Below are positions 50,400 through 63,387 of a DNA stretch of 64,000 nt, piece by piece; positions within the stretch are counted from its first letter, which is position 1, and each line of letters begins with the position of its first letter. The stretch is from contig NC_058368.1 of NCBI RefSeq assembly GCF_018350175.1, positions 69,690,001 to 69,754,000 on the forward strand. Direction: 5' to 3'. The position numbers and the translations under genes were made by a program. The notes below the pieces were generated by a model. That model ran no database searches. It had not been told where the DNA came from and worked only from the letters and a program-made list of their open reading frames with translations. This stretch comes from Felis catus (Eukaryota).

Positions 50400-50503
50400 T
50401 TTTTATTAGTGTATTTTCTTTTCTAAAGCAGTTTTAGGTTTACAGAAAAACTGAGCAGAAAGCCCACAGAGACGTCCTATGTGCATACTTGAGTGAGCGC
50501 GCG

Positions 50504-50553
<50 letters not shown>

Positions 50554-50870
50554 GCCCTGGTACTAACATCTTGCATGGGTGTGGGATCTTTGCTACAACT
50601 GATGAGCATTACTATTATCTAAATCCATAGTTCCCGTTAGGGGTCACTCTTGGAGTGGTACATTCTGTGGGGTTCTGCCAAATGCAGAATGTCATGTACC
50701 TGCCATGACAGGATGACACAGGACAGGGTCACTGGCCTAAAATTCCTCCAGGCTCTGCCTCTTCATCCCTCCCCTCCCCCACCCCCTGGCAACCCCCCAA
50801 CCCTTTCCTGTCTGCATAGTTTTGTCTTTTCCAGAATGTCCTATAGTTGGAATCACACAGCGGGCAGCCT
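50400..50870 (-). mobile_element. Old L1 3' fragment with embedded (CG)n(CA)n
   Basis: gcagttttaggtttacagaaaaactgagcagaa...ccagaatgtcctatagttggaatca. Confidence 0.75.
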
Positions 50871-51032
50871 TATCAGACTCTTTAACGCTTGTTAAAGATA
50901 CTCTTTTTTTTCTCTCTTTTGTAACATGTTTTTGTTACTGTTGGACTTTCCAGTTATTTTCCTATGTCTGCCTGTTTTTTGGCCCAGTTGGGTTTTCCCT
51001 CTTTTCTCTCAGTATTCCCTTCATCTGAGATG

Positions 51033-51532
51033 GCAGCTGACTCTGGAATGACATGGGTTTGAACTGCGTGGGTCCACTTACATGTAGAACGTTTCCCATA
51101 AATACAGGATACCATGAATGTATTTTGTCTTCCCTGTGATATTACATATACCACTATATGTTAATCAATGTTAACCACAAGGTTTCTAGTCAACATTAGG
51201 CTATTATTAATAGTTCAGCTTTGGGAGAGTTAAAAGTTACATGCCGATTCTTTAAAAAAATTTTTTTTTTCACATTTATATTTATTTTTGAGACAGAGCA
51301 CGAGTGGGGGAAGGGCAGAGAGAGACATACACAGAATCCAAAGCAGGCTCTGGGCTCTGAGCTGTCAGCATAGAGCCCGACGCGGGGCTCGAACCCACAA
51401 ACCGTGAGACCATGACCTGAGCCAAAGTTAGACGTTCAACCGACTGAGCCACCTAGGCGCCCCTAAATGCTGATTTTTAATTGCGTGGGGGAGTCAGTGC
51501 CCCTCACCCCAGGGTTGTTCAAGGGACAGCTG
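51033..51532. mobile_element. Tigger2a-like DNA transposon split by a SINE
   Basis: gggtttgaactgcgtgggtccactta start; gttgttcaagggacagctg followed by TA at the end. Confidence 0.7.
51251..51463 (-). mobile_element. Can-SINE nested in Tigger
   Basis: gagcccgacgcggggctcgaaccc...gagccacctaggcgcccc. Confidence 0.9.
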
Positions 51533-52789
51533 TATAATCCTGCCCAGGGAGGGCTTCTGCCTTCACAGACTCCCTTCAAGGAGGCTTGGACTCCACCATG
51601 GGCCTCCAGAGACGGCAGTTGGAGACCTGCCAGCCCATTCCTTGCCCCCTTGGGGACAGTCCCCAGCATCACCAGCTGTCCTTTGTGCCTCGTCCACGGA
51701 GAGCTGACAGGCAGTGGTACCCACCCTCCTCTCTGTTCACCTAGCGCCTGAGACCTCCTAGAACATACCTGATTTTCGCTCAGAGAAGCTCTTTCTTCTC
51801 AGTCTGGTGAGTTGGCATTTTTGTGGTTAGTCAGCTTCGTCGGCTGTGCTGGCATTTGAGTTCCTGTGCGGATGCCATGAGCATATTTATAGCATGGAGC
51901 TCCGTGCAAGCAAAATAAAAATAGGTGGAGAGGCTCAGAGAGCCACTGGCTGCCGTTTTTAGCATTTGTTTGGGTTGCTTTTTCTTGTGGTGGTTATAGC
52001 TGGTTTTAAAGAATTTTTATGAAGTATGAAGGAGAGCCAGCAGAAGGTTCGAGAGATGTAGAAGCCCAGGATAGCACTCTTGTCCAAAATGCTTACAGTG
52101 ATCTACAGCTTGCAGTGTCCTTCCTGTCCCCCACCCCCACAGACCCCTGTGTTTTTACCTGCATTGGCAGGGGCTCAGCCAGACTGGGGCGGTTCCCAGA
52201 CCCTCCACTCATGACCATGACCGAGGGAGCTGGGCCAGGGGCTCCAATCCCTGCCTGAAAGTCAGATACCCAAATTAGGATCTCTTGCTTATGCCGCAAA
52301 CTTCCAACTGGAGACATCTGCTCAGATGCACAAAGGCACTTCAAAACCCTCCCAAAGATCCATCTTTCATCCAGGCTGGGACCTTCACTCGACCCGTCTG
52401 TCTCCTCAGGTGCCCACCTCCTTCCTGCCCCCTCTCCTCCTTCAACTTCTCCCACCTTACTCCTTCTGGCTCTCAGCTGGCTGTCTGCTGGAGGACCCGA
52501 CCAGCTTCCTGGTGTTGCCCTGCCTCCCGGCGAGCCGTCCTCCCAGTCAGCACGGATGGTACCGCCAGACTGCCGAGGCTCACGACCCTCCTGTGTCTCT
52601 CTGGCTGGGAGAATACAGTCCAAACCCAAACCTGACAAAGGCCTTCGTGTTCTAGCCCTGGATGATCTTTCCAGGCCCTTCCCCGTGTCCTTCGCATGCT
52701 TCTCTGTGCTCCAGTGACCATGAACTCACCTCTCCAGGCACTCAAGGTTCTTGCAAGACTCCTGCCTTGGCTGGGTGCATGCATGGTTG

Positions 52790-52814
52790 TTTTTTCTTGT
52801 TTTGTTTTGTTTTG

Positions 52815-52845
<31 letters not shown>

Positions 52846-52948
52846 GTTTTGTTTTGTTTGAAGTGACCTCTACTCCCAACGCGGGGCTCCAGCTCACAAC
52901 CCCAAGATCAAGGGTTACATGCTGCCAATTGAGCCAACCAGGCACCCT
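52790..52948 (-). mobile_element. Short Can-SINE subtype with (TTTTG)n tail
   Basis: cccaacgcggggctccagctcacaaccccaagatcaag...gagccaaccaggcaccc. Confidence 0.8.
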
Positions 52949-53149
52949 TCATTTGCTCATTAAGGCACGCAGGCAGCAGGCATTTACTGAGTGCCTACGT
53001 GTGTATCAGGCCCCGAGGATGCAGGAGCATGACCGATGTGCACTCTTAAGGCAACTCGGGAACAGCGCATGTGGTAACACGGCCTGGAGCTGCACGTGTA
53101 CACACACGCACGGGGGCACATTTAACTGGTAGAGTCCGAGTAAACTCCG

Positions 53150-53290
53150 GATCATACCAGTGTCAATTTTTCCTGGTGTTGATGTTGTGCTATAGTTACA
53201 CGAGATGTTAGCCCTGGAGGAGGCTGGGTGCAGGACCTCCCTGTACATTCCTGTGTAAGCTCCTATGAATCTGTATTTCAAAATAAAAGT
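53150..53290 (+). mobile_element. Old L1 3' terminal fragment
   Basis: gtgtcaattttcctgg...ggacctccctgtac...tttcaaaataaaagt. Confidence 0.6.
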
Positions 53291-54179
53291 AGTCACTAAA
53301 CCCAGCAGGGGACACCACGTGACAAGGGCTGAGATGGAAGTACAGAAGATAGAGGAGTCCCTAACTGGTGGAGGCGGGTGGGTGTTGAGGGGGTTGCTGA
53401 GGCCGGGCAGGGCTCCTAAGGGGCGTGTCACGTGCAGAGGCTCTGGGCATGAGCCGGGCAGTCAAGTGTAGGTTGTTCAGGTTGCTCACCTGGGGTGAGG
53501 TGGCAAGAAGCACAGTGGAGGGGGGGAGGGCTATATCCTAAGGGCCCCATGTGCCCTGCTGAGGACTCTGGAGGCGTGGAGGGGTGAGGCGTGGAGGCAG
53601 AGGTCCCGATGGAGACACCACCACAGTAGGTTGGGGTTGTGGGGGGGGGGGGGACACAAAGCCAGAACCAGGGCAGTGACTGTGCAGAGAAAGATGGTAA
53701 CAGCCTTGACGTTTTTAGGAGGTAGAATCAGAAGGACTTGGTGAAGGATTCAAAAAAAAAATGGAATCCGGAATGTTTTCCTGGTTTTTCCGTCCTGGAT
53801 AACCGGCTGGTGGCGGCATCCATCCTGAGGTTACAGAATCATGGGGCGGCCCCACTTGAGGCAGGCGGTGTTGGGTTTCCACCTGGACTCACCGCGTTTC
53901 AGTCTCTTTGTGGAGCCTTTGGGGAGCGTGGAAATGTAGATGTGGGGTGGGCTGCACATGGTCGGCAAGCCCACTCCCGGGAAGGAAGTCTTGAGGACAA
54001 CTGCTGTTCTCTTGTCCTGGATGTTCTTGTGCCATCTTGTTACCCTTACCTGTAAGGTAAGGGAATCTATCCTTACCTTGCGATTCCCCACCTCCCGTAA
54101 GGACTTAATTCCTCCTTTAATGCTCTATTCTCAAACCCTCTATCCTCTTACCCTCGTCAGTCTCTACCACCAGCTATTA

Positions 54180-54630
54180 CAGGAAGGGAATATTCAACAG
54201 CATGTGTTAAATATAGTAAAGCAGACTTTATTCAGGACCATTGGGACTGGGTAGGGTCCACTGCTGTGGGGGAGAGAGACTGGGCTCAACTCTGAATACA
54301 GTGTGGGCAAGCGGGGACTTCTAGCCAAGGGGCGGGGTGGGGGTCAGAGGATGGGAAGGTACAAAGAGGAAACATCGGGGATAAATCGGGTTCTGGCCGA
54401 ACCAACCAGACAGGATTCTTTGCTGAAGGCAAGGTGATCGCACATCACCTGGGGATGGTAAGAGATGAGGAACCCAATGTCAAGGGTGGCCAGACGTCAA
54501 GGGCCGGGGGTTCCAGTTAGGCTTAGTAGGATTTTTGCTAAAACTGGCTTTTCATAAGGAAGCTCCCAGACCAGTCAAGGAGAAGCCTCAGGAGCCTGCA
54601 GAAAAGATGGTCAAGTAAAGTATCTTTGTC
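54180..54630. mobile_element. LTR fragment (MER21-like)
   Basis: agactttattcaggacc...gagagagactgggctcaactctgaatacag...ggattctttgctgaa. Confidence 0.55.
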
Positions 54631-55093
54631 AGACCCCCATAGAGTAGGCTCTGTCTAATTCTCACCCAGCGCTCTGGAATGGAGCAGGGCAGGTGGCTCA
54701 TGGCAGATGCTTCCTTACCGAGAAGCAGAGGGGAGGAGTTTAACAGAAATGTGTAGCTGTAACTATATGACACCTATTGAATTGGCCCTGGGCTCTTCTG
54801 ACATTTAGAAGGAAAGCACAGCCCCCTGAAGGAGCTCCTGTCTATTAACTCCCCGCAGTTTTGCCAGCCTCACCTCTAATATGGCATATACGTCTCCTAT
54901 GCCAATTAAAACGCATAATGCTTCCCTAGAGGTTTTTTCTTCATCCCGAGAGCCTAACGGAAATAATGAAATCAATAGCGAATGGGAAAGCTCGAAGTAG
55001 AATGAAAGGAAGCCACGAAAGGCCAGGGTGATGTTCACTTCTGAGAGTCGGGCCCGGTGGAACGCGTGTGCGCTCGTGTCTCGCCCCCACCAG

Positions 55094-55331
55094 CAACTGG
55101 CGGCTCACCTGTGGAAGCACAGTGAAGCTTTGGAGGCGCTGGAGACGGGCATCAGGAGCTCGCGGCGGCTGGAGAGCCTGTGCAGAGACTTCGAGCTGCA
55201 GAAGGTGTGCTACCTGCCGCTCAACACCTTCCTCCTGCGCCCGCTGCACCGGCTCATGCACTACAAGCAGGTCCTGGAGCGCCTGTGCAAGCACCACCCG
55301 CCCAGCCACGCCGACTTCAGGGACTGCCGCG
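55094..55331 (+). CDS. FARP1: FARP1 exon M (DH; QLAAHLWKHSEALEALE...LPLNTFLLRPLHRLMHYKQVLERLCKHHPPSHADFRDCR)
   Basis: accag acceptor, G|gtgagc donor, 238 bp; DH conserved region 3. Confidence 0.97.
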
Positions 55332-57178
55332 GTGAGCGAGGGGCGGGGCCTGCTGCTGGGAGCCAGAGGCGGGGCCTTGCGATCACGTGGGGGGGGGGCG
55401 CGCGTGCTGCTTTTTAGCACAGGGCCCAGCGCTTTCTGTTACCTCTTGGTCTTTCCCTAACGGAAGTGATAACGGTCATTAGGACCTCTCTCCTCCTTTG
55501 GTCCTGGGTAGTTTAGCGCAAAGAACCCTGGGGAAGGTCCATTTAGAGTCGGCTCCCCCACCCCCACTAGGAAGCATCCCTCTCCCTAGGTGGTTGAAAC
55601 CTTTGACCCTCCTGGGATCAGCTACGGAAAACAGCCTGTAATAAGTGCTTCAGCTAATTGGCGCTGGACGTCTGTCATGTGCCAGTCACCTTAAGAAGCA
55701 CCTCACCTGATTCATTCTGTCTCTCTCTGTCTCCCCCTGCTCACTTGCTCGCTCTCTCTCAAAAACAAAAAGAAGCGCCTCACCTGTATTGACTCATAAT
55801 TTTCATGACCAGCCTACAAAAGGCAGGGGTGAGCTCATTTTACATATAGAGGCTACTGAGACCAGAGAGAACGTGCCCAGAGTCACACAGCTAGAAAGCA
55901 AATGACTTGGAACCTAAACCCAGAGCCCACATGCTTGACCATCCTATCCTTCTGTCATGATGATATTACCCACTGTCGCTCGCTCAGCCCTGGGCCAGGT
56001 ATCTTACCAATATTAACACCTTGACTCCTTTAATAACCAACAACTCCAGCCACGATAAATATTGTTTCCCCACTTTACAGATAAGATACCTGGGCCACCG
56101 CTATCTCTCTCTTATTATAAACGCCTCCCATCTGCGTTCTCTTTTTCTATATGCACCTTTTACTGTTTTGTTTAAAACCTGGGTAACACCAGATTCCCTC
56201 AGGCTACCGTCAAAACTTCCTGACCTGACCCCGGAACAACATCGAGCACCTGCTGTGTATTGGGCATATGAAAGTGAATGACGCAGCTGTGGCCCCCACG
56301 CATGGGACCCGCTGGTGGGCACAGAGGGGAAGACACCTGGACAGTGACTGCCCTGTGATCTGACCTGGCCTTCAGGGCTTAGGGGGAGCTCTCTGAGGGA
56401 AAGGATAGCTTATCTTTACAGCTAAGGTATAAATAGGAGTTTTCCCAGTTGGGGGGAGGGTGTGCAGTATGAAGCTGGGAACGGCACGTACAGAGGTCCA
56501 CGGGGAACAGAGACTGTGGGAACACCCCAGAAAGTAGAAGTTCTGTATGGAACTCAGAGGGATCGCAGCAGAACTGAGACTGCCCAAGTAAGCAGACTCC
56601 GATCCCGTGGGGTCTCATAAACCCCAGAAGACTGCGGTCATGAGCAAAGGGAAGATAGGAAGGGCTTTAAGGAAGGAAATGGAGACGTGGGCTTGTTGCA
56701 GAAAGTCAATCCTTTGGTATGTAGGATATGTAGAGGAATCGTACAGGTTCAGTTCTTAAAAGATAACCCCAGAGAAGTTTTGGTGAAATGACGAAGACGT
56801 TGGCAGTTCACGGAAGGGGACAGAAATGGCTGGTGACGTGGTTTTGGTTTGTCACACATAGGTCGTTAGTCTTTAAGACCATGGTGCTTCGTGCCTCTGC
56901 ACCTCGGTATAGTCTGTTCCTTCTGCTTGGAGTCGTTGCTGCCACTACTCACCCTCTCCTGGCACAGGGTTCCTCCTCCTAGGAGCCTGGAGGTTGCGCC
57001 TGACCCTCTCCACCCGCCTACCTTGTCTTATATAGCAGTTGCCAGTTGGCCACACCCGGGTGGGAGGACTTAGAATTGTATGGCTAGATCAGCCAGAAAG
57101 GTGAAGGACATCTTTCATTCCACATGTACTGTCCTTGGCTGGCTTGCCCAGCTGGCATTTTACGGAACAATCCCCGGT

Positions 57179-57210
<32 letters not shown>

Positions 57211-58332
57211 TGGTTGACAACTAAATGGAAAAAGCATCGGTTACCTAGCTTAAGACCTAAGGTAGCATGGTTGTGAAAAGGCTGGGGGTATATGTTTACT
57301 ACTCGTGAGGGATGTAGTGTGCCAAGAGCCATTCTCGAGATGCCTCCCCATGAGCGCTCAGGGACCAGGGTGCCATCTTTTTCCTCTTAGAGCCTCCTCA
57401 GTCCCCCCCACCCCCACCCCCACTAAGCATTCAGTGCCCCGTGACTGTTTATTGGACTAAGCCGGCCAGTAAATGTCTGAAGATTGAGCAAGTCCTGGGT
57501 TTTGTCACTAAGGCTGGGACAAGGCATTCTGTGATAAGCCGGGAAGAATTTAATTTGCATCCCCAGGGAGAAAGCAAGGATCACTTCCCTTCCAATGTTG
57601 AAGTGCTGGGGGCGAGGAGGTGTTTAGTGTTCTGAAGACTGGCGTTCAGTTGACAAGTACTGCTTGACAAGAATACCTAAATAGCTACTGTGGGTTTACA
57701 TGTCACCCAAATGTGTCCTAAGGGGACAGGAGCTCCTTTTCCAGATCAGATGCCTCCCAGTGTAGGGAAGACCCTCTCATGAGTGCAAACTCCAGCTTCC
57801 TTTTGCCGTCATTCTTCGCAACCATCTTGGCAAAATGTGATTTCTGCAGAAGGAAGGACTGGGGTTTGCTGGAATGTTAGTTGCCCAGAAGCATCACACT
57901 ATCAAGGAGACTCTCTCACAGAAAGATCCCCTGTCTGCCCCAGATTTTTCTGTGGCCTCTCTATCCTCTCTGTCCTTCCCAGGTAACAGGAGGTGGACAG
58001 AAACTTGTGCCCTGAGGACAAAATTCTAGTTCGTATTCCACTGCGATCCCCTCTGTGCCAAGTGATTCCAGTGCAAAGACAGCCATCCACCACATAGCCA
58101 CAAAGGGGCCATTTTCATTTCCAAGATGCTTTGGGGAAACTCAAGCAAATAAATTCATATTGCAAATTTTTATTTGTTAGAGATTTTTATTAGAAATAGC
58201 AGTGTTTTCCCCTAGAAGGACAGCCTCTATATTAGGGCGGCTACTGGAGGATATCCCCCCGGAAGTCCGATGGGAAAACAGACCCTCGTCTGCCATTAAT
58301 GCTGCCATTTCCGGTTCTGTTCCCTTGGTCAG

Positions 58333-58463
58333 CTGCTCTGGCAGAGGTTACTGAAATGGTGGCACAGCTTCACGGTACGATGATCAAGATGGAGAATTTC
58401 CAGAAGCTGCATGAACTCAAGAAAGACTTGATTGGCATCGACAATCTTGTGATTCCGGGAAGG
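58333..58463 (+). CDS. FARP1: FARP1 exon N (DH end; ALAEVTEMVAQLHGTMIKMENFQKLHELKKDLIGIDNLVIPGR)
   Basis: gtcag acceptor, AGG|gtaagt donor, 131 bp. Confidence 0.96.
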
Positions 58464-58517
58464 GTAAGTAAGCAAGCTGTTAGAGGTGAAGCCAGAAAGG
58501 CAATGTTTAAGTGACTT

Positions 58518-58756
58518 TTTTTTTTTATTTAAAAAAAAAAATTTTTTTTCAACGTTTATTTATTTTTGGGACAGAGAGAGACAGAGCATGAACGGGGGGC
58601 GGGGGGGCAAAGAGAGAGGGAGACACAGAATCGGAAACAGGCTCCAGGCTCCGAGCCATCAGCCCAGAGCCTGACGCGGGGCTCGAACTCACGGACCGCG
58701 AGATCGTGACCTGGCTGAAGTCGGACGCTTAACCGACTGTGCCACCCAGGCGCCCC
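58518..58756 (-). mobile_element. Young felid Can-SINE with perfect target-site duplication
   Basis: TSD gcaatgtttaagtgactt at 58500-58517 and 58758-58775; CpG-intact body. Confidence 0.95.
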
Positions 58757-59062
58757 AGCAATGTTTAAGTGACTTAAATTTGAACCTTTTGAATACGGGC
58801 TCTCCAGTTTAAGATCTCCCCCTTCTGAGTGAAGTGGCTTCCTTCCAGCTGTGAGACAGTTGGGACAACGCCTTGAACATGACAGTGTCACTATCATTCC
58901 CCAATTTTGGGTCAGAAGGAAATAAAGCAAGGCTAAGATCTCCTTTTTCTCCTTCCTGGTTGATTTGCTAATTTACTTTTTTCCTACCGTATTCTGACAG
59001 GATTGGAGACATTTTACTTTTTTAAAGTTAGGTAAATGAAAACGGAAGCCAAGGAGCAATAC

Positions 59063-59255
59063 TTGTTTAATTTTTTTTTTTACATTTATTTATTTTTGAG
59101 AGACAGAGCACGAGTGGGGGAGGGGCAGAGAGAAAGGGAGACACAGAATCCAAAGCAGGCTCCAGGCTCTGAGCAGGTGTTCAACACAGAGCTCAACGTG
59201 GGGCTCAAACCCACAAACCGTGCGATCGTGACCTGAGCCGAAGTCAGACACTAAA
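59063..59255 (-). mobile_element. Can-SINE, head eroded
   Basis: gagacagagcacgagtgggggaggggcagagag...gtgacctgagccgaagtcag. Confidence 0.88.
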
Positions 59256-60139
59256 CCCCGAAAAATACTTTTTTAAAACAATCGGGTAGAATGGTGATAC
59301 AAAGGCAGAGGAAAATTCGTGCACAAAAGCACATAAGTTCCGTATGTATGAAAAGAATTTTTAAAAGATGCAATTTTCTGTGCATAATATGATTTTAATT
59401 CAGAATTAAAATAACATTTTAGCCAAAACGTGATCCTAGGAGAGATGCACGTTCATTTAGGCCATTAACGTTCACCTACCCAGCACCCTACATGAAACGT
59501 AGGCCACCCACAGTGAAGTGGGGCCTCATGGGGCACACACGCACCTTCCAGGCCGAGGGGAATGTGAAAACACATAGCAGCCTGCTTTCAGTTCTTTTCC
59601 CAGGAAACAATCATTGCCCAGGGATCAAAGATATTAGGGGGTACAACTCATCAACTCTCTCCATGGGATCTTTCTCTCTAGGGCTCCCCCATTTCAAAGT
59701 TCACATCACCCAGGTTCCAGAGAAAATTTTAGCGTCTTTGATCTGCCAAGTATCTGCCTTAGTCTTCAGACAGGTGCCGTGTCCGGTTTGCCGGGGGCTT
59801 TCAGTCTTGTCCGACAGGCAGCTGCCCCGGAGACTTGAAGTCTGTAAGGCAGGGAAGATGAGGGAACCCCGTGTGTGTCTGGGTGTTTCTGCCAGGGAGC
59901 CTAATGACAAGACCGGAAAACTGTTTGTGAAAGATTGTCAGAACAGGTGTATGTGGTAAATGCTGGGGGAGGAGGGGGCGGTGAAAGTGGGGATTTACTT
60001 CGGCTCTGCTGGTGAGAACATTCTCCCAGGCCTCAGCACACAATGAGCACGTTTACCCATCCACACAGAAGCCTTAGTAAAGGCCACTGGACTCGGTATG
60101 ATTTTTTTCTTAACTGTGGATGTTCTAAAATACATAGCT

Positions 60140-60312
60140 GGGGCACCCGGGTGGCTCAGTCGGTTGAGCATCTGACTAAGGCTCAGGTCATGATCTCACG
60201 GTTCGTGGGTTCGAGCCCCACATCAGGCTCTGACCTGTCAGTACAGAGCTTGCTTTGGATTCCCTGTCTCCCTCTCTCTCTGCCCCTCCCCTGCTCTCTT
60301 TCAAAAGTAAAC
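60140..60312 (+). mobile_element. Can-SINE
   Basis: ggggcacccgggtggctcagtcggttgagc head. Confidence 0.88.
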
Positions 60313-61524
60313 AATTATTTTTAAAAGTCTTTTTAATAAATAAATAGAGGTCATTATTGCTTATAAAGGCAACGGCCTTATTTCCATATTCTTGTGTTCA
60401 TCAACCAGCCTCAAGTCAACTCTGAATGAAATGGGAAGGAGGAAGTCACAGGCCTTCAGGGGAACAAGTTCTAAAATGGGGTATCATTCCATGTACCAAA
60501 ACTAATTGATTATCATTAATTTAAATTACCAAAGAACCTAAGGGGTGGGGGGGAAGGCTCTGGTTTGTCTATAGGTAGAATTTTAAAAATTGAGATTTGA
60601 ACGTGAGCACATAATTTTGGAGACACCCCCTGGGCTACACGCAGTGGCAGTGTGATTCCTAGCTTGGCGTTCAGCGTAATCCTGCTCACCCTCCTACAGG
60701 GGTCAGCCTGAGATTGCACCACGTCCAGGAGGGCAGACGTTTTCCCTGAGACAGAAATGCCACAGCACTTTGGGCCTGAGTCAGCCGCCCCCCCCCCCCC
60801 CATAGAACAATGTGCTGTGGGCCGCCTTCCCGGTAGAGCAGCAGGGACTGGAGGGGTGGGGGGTGGGGGGGCTTCGTTTGGTTAAAACTCACAGATGTGG
60901 ACTGGATTTCCCTCCAGAAGGAAGCAGCTCGCTCTTAAGGACATTAGGGGCCTTTTCCCCCACCCTCTTCTGTGGTTTAAAAAAAATTCTAGGCGCGAGA
61001 CCTTTTCCGTCTCCAGCCCCAGACACTGACGTCTGAGTCCACAACCCTTCTGCTCCGTGCTGCTGAGGCCTGCCAGACATGCAGACGTGCTCCCTTGTCT
61101 TTTTTGCAGTGAGCGTCCCAGGCCACCCTGTGTCCCACACAGGCAACAGCTGAGCTCCCTCAAGATTTGTTGGGAGACGCATGTGTTCCAAATGTGCGGC
61201 AGGAGAGCAGGTTAGGGTCCCCATCCCGCTCTCACCGCCTTTCGGTGATGAAAACGGCCCCCCAGACATCATCTCCTCGTATCGCCTTGTTGATGTCCGA
61301 CAGCATCCATCCCGGGGTCCTGAAGGGATTTATTATGTGTTCCTTTGTTGGTCCCCAAAACACATCCGTTAAATTGTGGGCAGACACGGTCTTTGATCCA
61401 CATTTCATAAAAAACAGGGCATTGAATCAGGCTGTGCAAAAGTCTATAGGATCAAAATGAGTTAGCCGAGTCCTTGGCTCAGAAGCTGCCGTGAGCACAG
61501 AGAAAGCTGCTGGCAGGTGCTCTA

Positions 61525-62010
61525 GAAATCTGTTGCTAAGTAACAAACTACTCCAGTACTCCGTGGCTGGAAACAACTTTTCAGTATATGTCATGGTTTT
61601 ATGAGTCAGCAGTTGGACAGGGTTCAGCCAGGTGATTCTTCTGCTCCCTGTGACATTGACGGGGGTCCCAGAGGGGTTAGTCTGGAGGGTTCAAGGCGGA
61701 CACCTGGCAGGGACCTCTGGAGGCTCAGCTGGGACCGTGCACCACAGAGCCCATCCATGAGAGGCCTTGCTGGCTGACCCTGCGTTCAGCGTGCTCCTTC
61801 TTCTGTGTGCAGCTCAGGGCTCCGTGAGCAAGTGTTCCCAGGGACAAAGTGTAGGCCACTTGTGGTTTTATGACCTAGTCTTGGAAGTCACATAGTGTCT
61901 GTTCCACACTCTGTTGGTCAGATCAGTCCCCAGCCCACCCATATCCAAGGGAAGGGGACAGAGACCCCGCCGGAAAAATGTTAACGGACCTGCAGCCACA
62001 TTTTAGAAGC
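61525..62010 (-). mobile_element. MLT1-like (MaLR) LTR
   Basis: taacaaactactcc...gggttcagccaggtgattcttctg...tatgacctagtcttggaagtcaca. Confidence 0.65.
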
Positions 62011-62019
62011 AACACTATG

Positions 62020-62525
62020 GAGAAGTTAGGCGGTTCCTTAATAAGTTAGCCATAGAATTTCCCCATGACCCAGACATTCCGGTCCTCCATGTAGACCCAG
62101 AACTGACACGGGTGTGAAACACTTGAACGTGAATGTCCATCATCCCTCTGGTGAGCATATAAACACAATGTGATATGTCCATATGATAAAATAGCCCCAG
62201 GAAGGAGGGAAGTTCTGGTACATACTACAGTGTGGATGGAACTTGAAGACAGGAGAAGTGAGTGAAGCCAGACACACAAAAGGTCACATATGACAAGATT
62301 CAGTTTACATGAAATATCCAAATAGGCAAATCCATAAAGAAAGAAGACAGATTGGTGGGAGCCAGGCGCTGGGGAAAGGGGAGAGGGACAGTGACCACTG
62401 ATCGGGCGCAGAGTTTCCTCTTGGGTGATGAAAATTTCCCCACCTAGAGGAGTAGTGGGTATGCTGAGTGCATAAAGGTCACAAATGGTACATTTTATGT
62501 GTATTTTATCACAATTTAAAAAATA
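62020..62525 (+). mobile_element. Old L1 (L1MB-like) 3' fragment
   Basis: gaagccagacacacaaaaggtcacata...aataggcaaatccataaaga. Confidence 0.75.
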
Positions 62526-63032
62526 GTTTTGTGGGGTTTTAAGTGCCCCAAATGACGCATGGCCTCCGGGGCTTATTAGTCTTGGGGGGAGGAGTTCCTG
62601 ACACCCATTTGCCACTTCTTGTTTGATCCCAGAACACAGTTCACTTGTTTCTAAGAACCAGAGCTGAGTCATGGAGCAGGTTCTCTGTCCCTTACTCTCC
62701 TGTGGCTCATCTGTCTCCCCAGCCCCCTGCTGCCACTCTGTGGCCCCTGTCCCCTCCCCTCACAGCTGGAAACCCGGGGCCTGGGGATTAAGGGCAGAGT
62801 CCCAGGCTCACAAGGGGGCCTCTGAGCACTGCTTTCTCTGCGTGTGGAACTGACCGTCGTCCCTGCCTCGTGGGCTCCTGGGAAGGACAGGAGCTCAGCA
62901 AGGCATTCAGTAAACTGTAACCACGACCGCTATAGTTTGCGCCGGGACGGGGACCCTGGCACGAGGCAGCCACGGGTGTGGACGCAGGTGTGCGTGCTCC
63001 CAGCCGAGCCTCGGGGTCTGTTTCGCCCGCAG

Positions 63033-63101
63033 GAATTCATCCGCCTGGGCAGCCTCAGCAAGCTCTCCGGCAAGGGGCTCCAGCAACGCATGTTTTTCCT
63101 G
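63033..63101 (+). CDS. FARP1: FARP1 exon O (PH1; EFIRLGSLSKLSGKGLQQRMFFL)
   Basis: cgcag acceptor, CTG|gtgagt donor, 69 bp. Confidence 0.96.
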
Positions 63102-63297
63102 GTGAGTGCTGATGGCCGTTGGTCGGGTCCCGGGCCGGCCCTGGGCCACCTGGGAGGAGGGAGGAGCAGCCTGCGCTGCTCAGACTGGAGCTGCCGAGAC
63201 CAGTGAGTTGCCGGGGAGGTTCCGAAAACCTGCTCTGGGCACCTGCTGTTTCAGTGCGGCCCGCCCGTCTCATCCGCACTTGTCCTTGCTCCTCCAG

Positions 63298-63387
63298 TTC
63301 AACGACGTCTTGCTGTACACGAGCAGGGGGCTGACGGCCTCGAATCAGTTTAAAGTGCACGGGCAGCTCCCGCTCTACGGCATGACT
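63298..63387 (+). CDS. FARP1: FARP1 exon P (PH1; FNDVLLYTSRGLTASNQFKVHGQLPLYGMT)
   Basis: tccag acceptor, ACT|gtgagt donor, 90 bp. Confidence 0.96.

Noticed and set aside
62046..62672. 208-aa minus-strand ORF
   Set aside because: Mostly antisense of an old L1 3' fragment.
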